Origin: a virus
Taxonomy: Duplodnaviria > Caudoviricetes
DNA: 64,000 bases
IMG/VR virus record: IMGVR_UViG_3300031867_000020
Coordinates: 32,001-96,000 of that record
Direction: 5' to 3' (one strand)
A program made the position numbers and the translations under genes. Shown piece after piece: positions 54,766 to 63,766 of the stretch. The notes beneath the pieces are model-generated. The model searched no databases, was not told where the DNA came from, and saw only the letters and a list, made by a program, of their open reading frames with translations. Numbering within the stretch: position 1 is the first letter of the stretch; every line of letters starts with the position of its first letter.

Positions 54766-55836
54766 TCAACAATACTTCAGAAGGAATTCAGGGTCAACGG
54801 CCTTAAAAGACTTCTTTCCATCCCTGCTGCGAACAACAAGTCCTTCGCGCAACCCTCTCGGCCGAATTTCTCCATCCGGCGGAATCATGGTTTGCCCATG
54901 AGCCATGGCTAACATTTCTTCAACTGTGTCAGGAAGTCTTTGATCAATTGAAATGATCGGAACAAACTCAACTTCAAACACAGAAAGTATGCCTTTTGCC
55001 TTAATGCTGCCAAATCGACCTTCAGGTGTGATTAAATTGAAAGCATAGAAACGCGGAGAAGTAATTTTATATTTATTACCCTGAACCTTCGGAGCAATAC
55101 ACTCACCCTGAATAGCAATCCAGTCATATCTGCCGATCATATTTCGCAGCTTGGCTGCAAGGTTGTATTTCTCTGCGACCTGCCAATAAACCGAACCATC
55201 GTTAACAGGCAGACGACGGTTCCGGGAGCAGACAATGAATTCATATCTGGACCAGAAAAGAAATTTATGACGAACGAGAGCAAAGGACCCAGAGCAGCCG
55301 TCCACTTTTTCCGTGAGGATATAAGGCTCCTTATCCTCCAGCATCCATGGAGCATTTTGGATTCGAATTTCATCGGTCTTGCTAAGAAAAGAAGGAAAGG
55401 CAGAGTTTCCTGCTTTCTTCTTCCAATTGCGATACCATTTGAAACGCATGAGCCAGCTTTTCTTCTTCGGCTCATCTACTTTCACCGGATCGTCCATTTC
55501 CGGCTCATACTGTGTTACGCCGATGACATCTGTCACATCATCGCCTTCTTCATATTCACTCCCGGGAAGAATAGAAAGCGGGAAACAGATACCTTGGCTG
55601 ATCACACCAGCCATTTTCATGGTTCTGATGCGAAACTTTTTCGACCGAAGGAATTCAAACTCTTCCTTTTCCGGCAGGACTGAATCGATCTCAATATACA
55701 CACAGAGATCGCCAATTTTAAACTCGTCCTTTTTCACAATGACTCGCCATCCAAGGACAGAGGCGAGCTCAATTCTGTCACGACCTTCAATTGGTTGAAG
55801 ATCTGCTATCTTCTGAATGGTGGCCAATGTTCTCAT
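54766..55836 (-). CDS. RNA ligase, Rnl2/DRB0094 family
   Basis: N-terminal OB-like 'LA.IQKI..L.PI.G.D.IE.A'; nucleotidyltransferase motifs TEKVDGCS, IQGE, FYAFNL, REGLVVR, FKAV. Confidence 0.9.
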   Translation of the reverse strand: MRTLATIQKIADLQPIEGRDRIELASVLGWRVIVKKDEFKIGDLCVYIEIDSVLPEKEEFEFLRSKKFRIRTMKMAGVISQGICFPLSILPGSEYEEGDDVTDVIGVTQYEPEMDDPVKVDEPKKKSWLMRFKWYRNWKKKAGNSAFPSFLSKTDEIRIQNAPWMLEDKEPYILTEKVDGCSGSFALVRHKFLFWSRYEFIVCSRNRRLPVNDGSVYWQVAEKYNLAAKLRNMIGRYDWIAIQGECIAPKVQGNKYKITSPRFYAFNLITPEGRFGSIKAKGILSVFEVEFVPIISIDQRLPDTVEEMLAMAHGQTMIPPDGEIRPRGLREGLVVRSRDGKKSFKAVDPEFLLKYC

Positions 55837-55867
55837 ATGTTTATACTCCTCCCGTAGATACACTATC

Positions 55868-56143
55868 TTAGTTCCATTTCAAAGCTTGCCCGCATACATA
55901 ACAATAAAACACAGGATAAACACCTGTGTAGGGATATCTCGTTACAATCTTATTGCACGACGGGCATTTTCCTTGTTCATAACCATTGAAAGTATGTAGA
56001 TTAACAACCCGAGCCGGGAGATACCGCATCACGGCATCTGCCGTGGCCTTAAGCACTTCCTTCATGTCTTTGTTCTCTTCACTGTCCGCTTCCTCACGAA
56101 AGATCAGTTCAATTTCCTTCATTTCCTGTTCGAAGCTTTTCAT
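55868..56143 (-). CDS. zinc-ribbon protein
   Basis: CPSC...YCYVCGQALKW. Confidence 0.65.
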   Translation of the reverse strand: MKSFEQEMKEIELIFREEADSEENKDMKEVLKATADAVMRYLPARVVNLHTFNGYEQGKCPSCNKIVTRYPYTGVYPVFYCYVCGQALKWN

Positions 56144-56369
56144 TCTGCTCCTCCTCAAACGTTTTTAGCAGTTTTTCAATCTTATAGTCAGCGTCACGCT
56201 CACACAGGAGAGAGTCGCATTCGTCACAATAAATGCCGGCATAAACAAGTTCCCTTGTTGTGCCGTCTATCATGTCAATGGATGTAATGATGTCCTTACA
56301 ATGCGTATGACATATTTTTTTACAGGAAGGACAGAACCGGCGAGGTGTGTAATAGTCAGGTTCAACCAT
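56109..56369 (-). CDS. zinc-ribbon protein
   Basis: CPSC...CDEC. Confidence 0.65.
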   Translation of the reverse strand: MVEPDYYTPRRFCPSCKKICHTHCKDIITSIDMIDGTTRELVYAGIYCDECDSLLCERDADYKIEKLLKTFEEEQNEKLRTGNEGN

Positions 56370-56584
56370 TATTCTTCACCCAGTTCTTCCAGTTTTTTGT
56401 CAGCGTCCTCCCTGCAGAGCACATCTCCGCATACATCACACACATCCACCTCATATTCCAGCGAGTATTTCTCACCGGTTTTTAAAATAATCTCTGTTTT
56501 TTCTTCAAGTTTGTGGGTAGGCTGCATTTTTCCACAGCGATCACAGTATTTCATGCATGGGCCTCCTCGTACTTTTGTTTCCAT
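56369..56584 (-). CDS. zinc-ribbon protein
   Basis: CDRC...CDVC; resembles its neighbour. Confidence 0.6.
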   Translation of the reverse strand: METKVRGGPCMKYCDRCGKMQPTHKLEEKTEIILKTGEKYSLEYEVDVCDVCGDVLCREDADKKLEELGEE

Positions 56585-57093
56585 TGTTCGATCAGCTTGT
56601 TACGTTCTTCTTCATTCAGCGTGGGAATACCAAGATCTTCCGCATCCTGAATCAAGCTGTCGATCAGCGATCCCATCTGAGACGAATTGTAAACAGAAGA
56701 CCCATACCATAAGATCACATTGGTACAGTTCTCAATTTTGCTTGGCATGGTTTCATATTGCCATCCGATACCATGATCCTGCCAGCCGTAGCAAAGGGAA
56801 TTCACAGCTTCGTCTTTTACGCAGATGATAGTCGAAACGCCACCAATATCCCTGATGGCGTTCCGATAAACCTCTGTCTTTTTGATTTTTAGTTTTTCTG
56901 CTATCTTATCAATCAACACCCAGGCGTATGCGTTAGCGTCGAGGCTTCTTTTCTTTGTATGCTTTTTGATTTCAATATCAACATCTTTTTCTTTCAATTC
57001 GTCGAAGGCGTCCCGGAAATCAGAAGTTACAGTTACCGTGATGTTTTGAGTACCGTCACGGTTTATCGTAAGATCTTTTAATTTGCCAGTCAT
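56551..57093 (-). CDS. NinB/Orf-like recombination protein
   Basis: 'KRSLDANAY.W.L..KIA', 'GSS.Y...QM..LID.....A..LGI.T'. Confidence 0.65.
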   Translation of the reverse strand: MTGKLKDLTINRDGTQNITVTVTSDFRDAFDELKEKDVDIEIKKHTKKRSLDANAYAWVLIDKIAEKLKIKKTEVYRNAIRDIGGVSTIICVKDEAVNSLCYGWQDHGIGWQYETMPSKIENCTNVILWYGSSVYNSSQMGSLIDSLIQDAEDLGIPTLNEEERNKLIEQWKQKYEEAHA

Positions 57094-57305
57094 TTGAGCA
57101 CCAGAGAAGCGTTCTTATTAGAATCGCTTTCATGCAGAAGAAAATCTGTGATCTCCGGGCACTTATTTCCAGGACACTTGGCATAACCTCCGGCTGCGTG
57201 AATAACAGTTTTGTCAAAGTTTTCTTCGTAGTGGTATTCCCAGATCTTGTCGGCACAAATGAATCGGACAAGGTTGTTTTCGTCAGTCATCTTGATCAGT
57301 CTCAT
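57090..57305 (-). CDS. hypothetical protein
   Basis: 71 aa, coupled to both neighbours. Confidence 0.55.
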   Translation of the reverse strand: MRLIKMTDENNLVRFICADKIWEYHYEENFDKTVIHAAGGYAKCPGNKCPEITDFLLHESDSNKNASLVLK

Positions 57306-57624
57306 AATTATCCTCCGTATCTGTTTCGTTCTGAATAAACTGCTGGCGTTTTAGACGCAAATTTCGCAGTCTCTCCGTTCGGACGGCTCGTTCTTCATCC
57401 GAAAGATAAGACCGTTTTTTGGGTGAAATTTTAAACCAATTTACAGGCAACTTGGCATAGATCGTATCGTCGTTGTTTTCAGGGTAAGCAAGGATCTGCA
57501 CTTCGTCAGGATGTTCATCCTTCCATTTCAGAATCCTGTTGCACCATTTGACTTCATTGGAGCTGAAAAACATTGCGTCTTTACTCGTGTATGAAGCGTA
57601 GGTTTCGATGTGTTGTCTTCCCAT
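57283..57624 (-). CDS. hypothetical protein
   Basis: Start revised to MGRQH (AAAGGAG RBS). Confidence 0.65.
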   Translation of the reverse strand: MGRQHIETYASYTSKDAMFFSSNEVKWCNRILKWKDEHPDEVQILAYPENNDDTIYAKLPVNWFKISPKKRSYLSDEERAVRTERLRNLRLKRQQFIQNETDTEDNYETDQDD

Positions 57625-57677
57625 TCTGTCTCCTTTAAACGGGAGCGGGGAAGCTTTTGCGCTTCCCCGTCCCTTTA

Positions 57678-58277
57678 TCACTCAAACAACATCCAGCTTT
57701 CCGGTAGCGTATGAACCCAATCGATGAACTGGTGCCACTCATTGAGCTTATGGTTTTCGCGCTGATGAATAATATTCCTGAGCGCGGCGTAAGACATCAT
57801 CACTGTCCGTCTCTGAATATAAGACTGCGGCAGGAACTGGATGATTTTTCTCCACACCTTCTTCTTAGCGTCAGGCTCTGTTTCAAGTGTGTATTGCGTG
57901 ATCCATCCGTTAAGAATGTCCACGACAGGCTCAATCTCTTCCGGTTCAAGGCCATTTTCTGTCTCAAAATCCTCGAAGGTCAAAGCTCTGGATGTGAGCT
58001 TGTGCATAGTGGAACAAGAAAGCTTTTCCACACCGGCTCTGTAGGTGTCAAATTCATTCCACCAGAACCTCGGAGCCCATATTTCTGCCCACACCATGAT
58101 CATTCGGAGATGCTTGGCATGTTCCGATCCGGCGTTGGCGAGTTTTACGGAAAGTTCCTTGTCCTTCTGACCGATCTTTCCAACGATGGTATCGCTTCTG
58201 TCCCATGAATCCATCGGATTTCGCATGGCATGAAGAGCTGGCCCTATGCCATCCACTTCAAGTGTCTTTATTCGCAT
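57678..58277 (-). CDS. ThyX-fold-like phage protein
   Basis: 'H.K.LR.I.V...I.APR.WW.EFDTYR......S.STMH', 'LP.SY.Q.R', 'QR..HKL.EW'; canonical ThyX RHR motif absent. Confidence 0.55.
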   Translation of the reverse strand: MRIKTLEVDGIGPALHAMRNPMDSWDRSDTIVGKIGQKDKELSVKLANAGSEHAKHLRMIMVWAEIWAPRFWWNEFDTYRAGVEKLSCSTMHKLTSRALTFEDFETENGLEPEEIEPVVDILNGWITQYTLETEPDAKKKVWRKIIQFLPQSYIQRRTVMMSYAALRNIIHQRENHKLNEWHQFIDWVHTLPESWMLFE

Positions 58278-58641
58278 GTTCTTCCTCCATTGCTCTGATG
58301 GCAAGCATCATCAGATTGATTGTCGGCTTCCATTCCGAGGCAGCAATTTCCCAACATTTGATCTCCTGTCGCAGCAACTTATTGCTTTTAATGATATCAA
58401 GCGTTTTGTTGATAAGATCTTCATAACTTGCGTTGCATTTATCAAGAAGATCGAGAAGGGCACCCATCGTATCGATGATTTTATGATACAAAATATAGTC
58501 AGCTTTGCTTAGCTGATCATCCAAAAGGCGAGAAGATATCATCGAAAGTATGTCTGAGGAATCTTTTATACACTCGTTGCCTGTTTGAGACCCCGTGGAG
58601 CCCATGTGTTTGCACCCTCTTTCCGTGGTCGTTGAGACCAC
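58258..58641 (-). CDS. hypothetical coiled-coil protein
   Basis: Fills the gap in the operon; start uncertain. Confidence 0.5.
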   Translation of the reverse strand: MVSTTTERGCKHMGSTGSQTGNECIKDSSDILSMISSRLLDDQLSKADYILYHKIIDTMGALLDLLDKCNASYEDLINKTLDIIKSNKLLRQEIKCWEIAASEWKPTINLMMLAIRAMEEEHANKDT

Positions 58642-58643
58642 TG

Positions 58644-59150
58644 TTATAGTGATCCGGTAGAACCAAATCCGCCGATCCTATGCTGATCTGTCTGGTCATC
58701 GTCTGTCAAACAGAACGGAATAATGACGCCCTGCATGAAACGATCTCCTTTTTCCATATGGAAAGAAAAATCGGAGGATATGCTTGCGAGAATATGTCCA
58801 TAGTTGTTGGCGTTGTAATAATCTTCGTCAACAATTCCTATGGTATTGCGCAGCTTCATGCCGTACTTTGCGCCAAGACCAGACCTCGGAGCAAGCATTA
58901 GGAACATACCGGAATCCAGATGCACTCTGATACCTGTGGGAACAGTAACGCGTGTTTTGCTGTCCATGCAAAAAGGAAGGGGAAGGAAAAAGTCATAACC
59001 GGCTGAACCTTCTGTCGCACGCTTCGGAAGAATGATGTCATCATAATGCAACGAAAGCAGTTCTTTTGATGAATCGCCTTCTCCCACCCAGCCTAATTTT
59101 ACACAGTCTGTATAGAATTGCTCAAAAGGAACTTTCTCAAACTGAATCAC
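58644..59150 (-). CDS. dut: dUTPase (trimeric)
   Basis: SAGYDF, PRSGLG, GIVDEDYY, GDRFMQG, RIGGFGSTG motifs; start revised to GTG 59150. Confidence 0.95.
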   Translation of the reverse strand: MIQFEKVPFEQFYTDCVKLGWVGEGDSSKELLSLHYDDIILPKRATEGSAGYDFFLPLPFCMDSKTRVTVPTGIRVHLDSGMFLMLAPRSGLGAKYGMKLRNTIGIVDEDYYNANNYGHILASISSDFSFHMEKGDRFMQGVIIPFCLTDDDQTDQHRIGGFGSTGSL

Positions 59151-59328
59151 TGTTGTCACCTCCAACATAAAGTCCACAAATACAGTGTCCAGTTTCCCTG
59201 AACTCTCTGCATGGGCAAATGGTATCGTTGGTCTTTTCAAATCTGCAGGGACAGTAACCATCGTTTTGTCGGATCCGTTCCTCAATTTTCTTTCGGATCG
59301 CATCGTTCGGATTGAGTCTTATTTTCAT
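59137..59328 (-). CDS. ferredoxin:thioredoxin reductase catalytic subunit-like protein
   Basis: GYCPCR...ICPC...GHCICGLY, the CPC/CPC/CxC six-Cys signature. Confidence 0.85.
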   Translation of the reverse strand: MKIRLNPNDAIRKKIEERIRQNDGYCPCRFEKTNDTICPCREFRETGHCICGLYVGGDNSDSV

Positions 59329-59678
59329 AGTTCTTCCCTCCAGATCTGCCAGGAGTCTATGTGATGAACCAATACATATTGTTCAATCTGTTCTTTCTCA
59401 GAAGGCAGACTTTCCGTATGATCCATCAGATGGAGACCTTTGCGGTCGAGTTTTTTTATAAGATATTTGCCTCTCGGTGTGCACTTTTCCTCATCGAAGT
59501 TCCAGTCACTGGTCCAGCTGCCATATAAGACAAGCTGTGTCCCCGGTGCGCTTTGCTTCAGATCATCCCTTAACTGTCCGACAAGGCTGTCCACAACACC
59601 GATAGAACCATCCGGCGCTCTGGCTTCCGTTTCCGGAAAATTCAGCCTGTCTTCCACCTTGAAAAACAGGACGTTCAT
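59325..59678 (-). CDS. hypothetical protein (possible HAD-like)
   Basis: 117 aa, coupled to both neighbours. Confidence 0.55.
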   Translation of the reverse strand: MNVLFFKVEDRLNFPETEARAPDGSIGVVDSLVGQLRDDLKQSAPGTQLVLYGSWTSDWNFDEEKCTPRGKYLIKKLDRKGLHLMDHTESLPSEKEQIEQYVLVHHIDSWQIWREEL

Positions 59679-60301
59679 GGAAGCACCTCGCTAAGATGAT
59701 CGAAGACTACATCGCATACCTTATGCTCAAGGCAATAGTCAGCATCCAGCGTCCAGTCATTATTGCGCTTCTTAATGATAACAGAGTGCGGTACTTCCGT
59801 CCGCTTCTCAATGAATTCCTTCATCTGCTTCAGATCGCGCTTGTAATTATCGGCGGCATCCATAACCTTTACGGCATCGCCTGCCATTTCCGCCTGTCCT
59901 TCATGGATAAGCACCTTTGCGTTGCGGCTCATGTAACGCATGTCGCCGGACATAAAGATCAGCGCGGCGGCGGAATGAGCAACGCCGATATTGATGGTAT
60001 AGACAGGCGTATCAGAAGCCAGGATCGCATCAATCAGCATCCACATATAATACATATCACCACCGAAGGACATAACAAACAGCCTGATAGGCTTCCTTTT
60101 TTCGGGTGGAATGCCCGTGTCTTCCAAATTCCAGCGAACAATCAGCCTGTGAATAGTAGTGAGCGTAGGATCCACATCGTAGTCGAGATATATAATACGC
60201 TCCTTTTCAAGAGCATAATAACTGAGGAGATCCGGGTCAGGAAGGGTTGTATCCTGAAGACGCGCAACCAGTTCCTGCGCAGGAGGCATTAAAATTTCCA
60301 T
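59675..60301 (-). CDS. ClpP-like serine protease
   Basis: ERIIYL, SFGG, GVAHSAAALIF (Ser), LIHEG (His), NDW (Asp). Confidence 0.85.
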   Translation of the reverse strand: MEILMPPAQELVARLQDTTLPDPDLLSYYALEKERIIYLDYDVDPTLTTIHRLIVRWNLEDTGIPPEKRKPIRLFVMSFGGDMYYMWMLIDAILASDTPVYTINIGVAHSAAALIFMSGDMRYMSRNAKVLIHEGQAEMAGDAVKVMDAADNYKRDLKQMKEFIEKRTEVPHSVIIKKRNNDWTLDADYCLEHKVCDVVFDHLSEVLP

Positions 60302-60307
60302 AAAGCA

Positions 60308-61150
60308 TCACTCCTTGTCGAGTAAGTCTGCGAGTTTTGCCGTTTCGCTCCGAACGGACTCATCGAGATGAACATAAGAAAAGAGATGATGGCCTTTCAG
60401 CCTTGTGATCACAGCTTCAAGACCGTTGTCGGCTTCGAAAGCTTTGGCATCTATCTGCCTTGTGTCACCTTCGAGGATCAGAATGGATCCTTCCGCGATA
60501 CGGCCAAGCAGGAGCTGAACATGCTGTCTTGTTAAATGTTCTGCTTCCGTGCAAAAGACGACACTGTTCTTAAAGCTTCTGCCGCGAAGGAAACCAAGAT
60601 GCTCAATTTCGATCTGGTTTCTTTCGATATAGGCTTCCATCTCTTCCATTCCGCCGAGGAAATCAATCAAAGGCCCTGCCCAAACAGCCATTTTATCCAT
60701 ATAAGAACCCTTTAAGTAGCCGATCGGGTTGGAGTCTTTGACCTCGATGTTGTTACGAATCCATACCAGCTTGTCAAACCTTCCGTTCTTAATCATTTCA
60801 AAGGCCGCGACAAGGCCAAGAAAGGTTTTGCCGCTGCCGTACTGACCGGTGATAGTTTTCACCGTAGACAGCGGATCAAACAAAGCGTCCATCAGACATT
60901 TCTGCTGTACGTTTTTCGGCTTGATGATGCCATGAATGTCGCTGCGAACAGACTTGGCGTGAACGTTTATGCACTCGCCATTCTGCCATTTCATTACATC
61001 CTTGGGCTTGCCATCATCCGTGACGATCAGATACTGATTGTCCAGCAGGTTATACGGATTGGCTTTGGCATTCTGGTATATCTCCGGAAGCATCGGATCC
61101 ATCGCCGGAATGGTCTTGTACCCCCGATAATTCCATTTCACGTTCTGCAT
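60308..61150 (-). CDS. phoH: PhoH-family ATPase
   Basis: GQYGSGKT Walker A, IGYLKG, LRGRSF, LLGRI.EGS, GD..QID, RS..A. Confidence 0.9.
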   Translation of the reverse strand: MQNVKWNYRGYKTIPAMDPMLPEIYQNAKANPYNLLDNQYLIVTDDGKPKDVMKWQNGECINVHAKSVRSDIHGIIKPKNVQQKCLMDALFDPLSTVKTITGQYGSGKTFLGLVAAFEMIKNGRFDKLVWIRNNIEVKDSNPIGYLKGSYMDKMAVWAGPLIDFLGGMEEMEAYIERNQIEIEHLGFLRGRSFKNSVVFCTEAEHLTRQHVQLLLGRIAEGSILILEGDTRQIDAKAFEADNGLEAVITRLKGHHLFSYVHLDESVRSETAKLADLLDKE

Positions 61151-61409
61151 ATGCGTCAGCTCCTACTGCATTTGTTTTGCGTATCCGTTCATTTTCATCT
61201 TTGGTGAAGATAGATGTCTCCCTCAGTTCGTTGGAGGCACCTACTTTAATGGCATGAAAATGATCGTATTTTTTGTCCTTGTATATAGTTTTGCAGTAAT
61301 CGACAGCTATGCCGGCATTTCTCGCATAGATAAATATAGTCTCTTCGATCTGGTCCTGATGCCCCATTTCGAGACGATAGATATAAGTCTTCTTAACTGC
61401 CATGTACAA
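61050..61409 (-). CDS. hypothetical protein
   Basis: AAAGGAG RBS; 3' end overlaps the phoH start. Confidence 0.5.
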   Translation of the reverse strand: MYMAVKKTYIYRLEMGHQDQIEETIFIYARNAGIAVDYCKTIYKDKKYDHFHAIKVGASNELRETSIFTKDENERIRKTNAVGADAYAEREMELSGVQDHSGDGSDASGDIPECQSQSV

Positions 61410-61965
61410 CTCCTTTGATCTGCTTGTTCTGAATTAGCCACGCAAGCGCGACAGCAACAGCGTCCGACTCATCGTCGTTCTTGTATTCAAGATCGCCAAC
61501 GTAATCAGAAAGCGCTGCTGCGACCTGCTGCTTGTCTGCCCGACCGGAACCGGCTATAAGTTTTTTGATCGTGGATGGATAGATTTCATACCAGTCATCA
61601 TCCGTCCAGTCCCACACAAGCCAGTCCATCATGCCTATCACTTTGGACAAGTCCCTTTCGGATGGTATTTTCTGATGCATGATTGCCTTTTCACGAACAA
61701 AAAAGAAGTGCGAATCATTGCGAATAAAAGATTCAAAGCTGTTCATAATTTCATTTAACAGCTGACCATGTTTTTTTTTACGGTCATTCTTGTTATCCAC
61801 ACTCATCAGATCAACATGGTCAATAATAATCTGATCGTTCTTTTTTTTTATATACAGCTTTGAAAAACCGGGCCTTTTCAGCGATAAGTCAGCGCCGACA
61901 ACAACATATTCATCTGTAAAGCAAGGGCCTGTTTCGGGCTTTTTGTCCAGTGTTTTTCTTTTCAT
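61393..61965 (-). CDS. ruvC: RuvC-like Holliday junction resolvase
   Basis: VVGADLS..RPG, VREK, PSTIKK..AGSGRADK.QV, DDESDAVAVA. Confidence 0.85.
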   Translation of the reverse strand: MKRKTLDKKPETGPCFTDEYVVVGADLSLKRPGFSKLYIKKKNDQIIIDHVDLMSVDNKNDRKKKHGQLLNEIMNSFESFIRNDSHFFFVREKAIMHQKIPSERDLSKVIGMMDWLVWDWTDDDWYEIYPSTIKKLIAGSGRADKQQVAAALSDYVGDLEYKNDDESDAVAVALAWLIQNKQIKGVVHGS

Positions 61966-61974
61966 ATGAACACC

Positions 61975-62448
61975 TCACAAAAGATCTTCCTTTGGCCAGA
62001 AAGATGAAGTAATGTCTGTCCAGTCACCATTAACTTTTTTGTACATTCTTTGATTTGTTGTTTCACTTGAAAGCGGGCCTTTTTGTTTGTCAAACCTTCC
62101 AATTTTGAGATAGTCAAGCTCTTCGAGAAGAGCCGGTATGATCTGATCCATGCGATCATAACCTGTGTACAAACAGGTTTTCTTTTTCTTTTCATGAACC
62201 ATTTTGCACACCTTGATCAGTTCGCGCTGATCCTGATCTCCACCCATCATGCAAAAGCAAGTGATGTATGGGCTGTAAGTCTTCAGCATAATTGGAAGAT
62301 GTTCAAGCAACGGCCTTCCTTCGTCTGCCCATGTGTATTTGGAATGGCAATCCGGACAACGGTGGATACAGCCTGCAATTGTTACCGCAAGGGAAACCTC
62401 ATCAGGCACTTCCTGCATGACAATCGCACCGCCTAAATAGTGAAGCAT
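61975..62448 (-). CDS. nrdG: anaerobic ribonucleotide reductase activating enzyme (radical SAM)
   Basis: EVPDEVSLA..I.GC...C.DCHS, MGGD, LYTG, LDYLKIG, TTNQR. Confidence 0.92.
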   Translation of the reverse strand: MLHYLGGAIVMQEVPDEVSLAVTIAGCIHRCPDCHSKYTWADEGRPLLEHLPIMLKTYSPYITCFCMMGGDQDQRELIKVCKMVHEKKKKTCLYTGYDRMDQIIPALLEELDYLKIGRFDKQKGPLSSETTNQRMYKKVNGDWTDITSSFWPKEDLL

Positions 62449-62903
62449 CAGATCACCTCTGCGTAATAGCGTTCATGCTCTTCTTTCTGTCTGGCCTCGG
62501 AGAAAGAGGAGACGAGCTTCAAGTAACCGATGACTCTTGTCGCCCAGTCGAGATTTTCAGAACCACACTTGGGGCATTTCTTCAGCCGCATCTTTGAAAT
62601 ATGACCACAGTCTTTGCAAACCGTATTGGGGATATTAAAAGTGAAATACGGACAACCGGTTCTGATTGCAAGATCCATCAGGAACTTATACTGCTCCTTT
62701 GTGAGATGCTCATTCAGATTCGCATGAAGCGCAGAACCGCCGTCAAGATATTGGGTGAATTGTTTTCCGTGAAGAATAAACTTATCGATAATTGTTGTTT
62801 TGGGATCTTCAGAAAGATAGAAATAGCTATTGTAGCAGTCACGCGGGACAACGAAACCATCGCGCTTGTCCCACTTTGCATGCTTTACACCAAGATTTTC
62901 CGC
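62448..62903 (-). CDS. nrdD: class III ribonucleotide reductase, 3' exon
   Basis: AENLG...YNSYFY...GGSALH...CKDC..CPKC...TRVIGYL glycyl-radical motif. Confidence 0.93.
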   Translation of the reverse strand, partial: AENLGVKHAKWDKRDGFVVPRDCYNSYFYLSEDPKTTIIDKFILHGKQFTQYLDGGSALHANLNEHLTKEQYKFLMDLAIRTGCPYFTFNIPNTVCKDCGHISKMRLKKCPKCGSENLDWATRVIGYLKLVSSFSEARQKEEHERYYAEVI

Positions 62904-63766
62904 CACTCTGTTGCTTTTATGACCAGTTTGTTTTTATACTGCTCTGTTGTATTCTTTGTTGAATTCTTTCAAAAACGCTTCTTTAGCTTGAATTGCTTCA
63001 TTTTTCGTTTCATATACCTTATCAAACACAAACTTATTATATCTATATATTTTAAGTCTCCATTTATTACTTTTTGTCAGGTAAATACATTTTTCTTTAG
63101 ATTTCTTTGTGTTTACCCTATTTTCTGATCTTGTAACTATGCGTAAATTGCTTTTTCTGTTATCGAGTGGATTAATATTGATATGGTCAATATCTTTATT
63201 TCCGCAATATTCCAATATATATCTATGTAATGATATGTTTTTTTTGCCTATACTACAACAAACATATTTCAACTTATCTTTTAGATGCCATTTATGCAAT
63301 TTACATTTTTCAACATCATCAAGATCAATTAATGCCGAAGCGATATGTTTATTTTTTTTGTTTCTCAGTAAAATTTCTGCATAATCCTCGTGAATAATAT
63401 AATCATTTGGTGAATATATGCTTGTTTCTGAAAAATGTCCTTTCGTTCTGAATTGATGATGATGTTTACAACATAATGGTATGCCGTGTGTTTGAACTAT
63501 ATGGGTTTGGTCTTCTATTCTTCCGCAAATTAGACATTTCATTTAAATGCTCCTTTTCGAAAACAAACTGGCGGAAACGGTTCTTCTATGAATGTCTTTA
63601 CATTCGACCGTCTCTCTGCATGTTGCCATGCAGTTCAGACTGTTGCATCACGCATTCGCGTGCCCGATCATTCAGTCGTTCAGGCTGCCATAACGCTTGC
63701 CCCTCGTTGTCCCATAGGGAGTTCCGAGTCAATTAGATCAGGTTTAACGTGTCCACTTAGATGGTT
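62904..63766 (-). ncRNA. group I self-splicing intron in nrdD (863 nt)
   Basis: Splicing restores FNTEFVP|AENLG. The 5' exon ends in U and the intron ends in G; P1, P3 (CCUGAUC/GAUCGGG) and P7 (GACUG/CAGUC) pairings are visible. Confidence 0.9.
62934..63542 (-). CDS. intron-encoded HNH homing endonuclease
   Basis: 'LHRYI.......DIDHIN.NPLDNRKSNLR.VT.SEN..N'; N-terminal Cys/His and AP2-like C-terminus; AT-rich; AAAAGGAG RBS. Confidence 0.92.
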   Translation of the reverse strand: MKCLICGRIEDQTHIVQTHGIPLCCKHHHQFRTKGHFSETSIYSPNDYIIHEDYAEILLRNKKNKHIASALIDLDDVEKCKLHKWHLKDKLKYVCCSIGKKNISLHRYILEYCGNKDIDHININPLDNRKSNLRIVTRSENRVNTKKSKEKCIYLTKSNKWRLKIYRYNKFVFDKVYETKNEAIQAKEAFLKEFNKEYNRAV

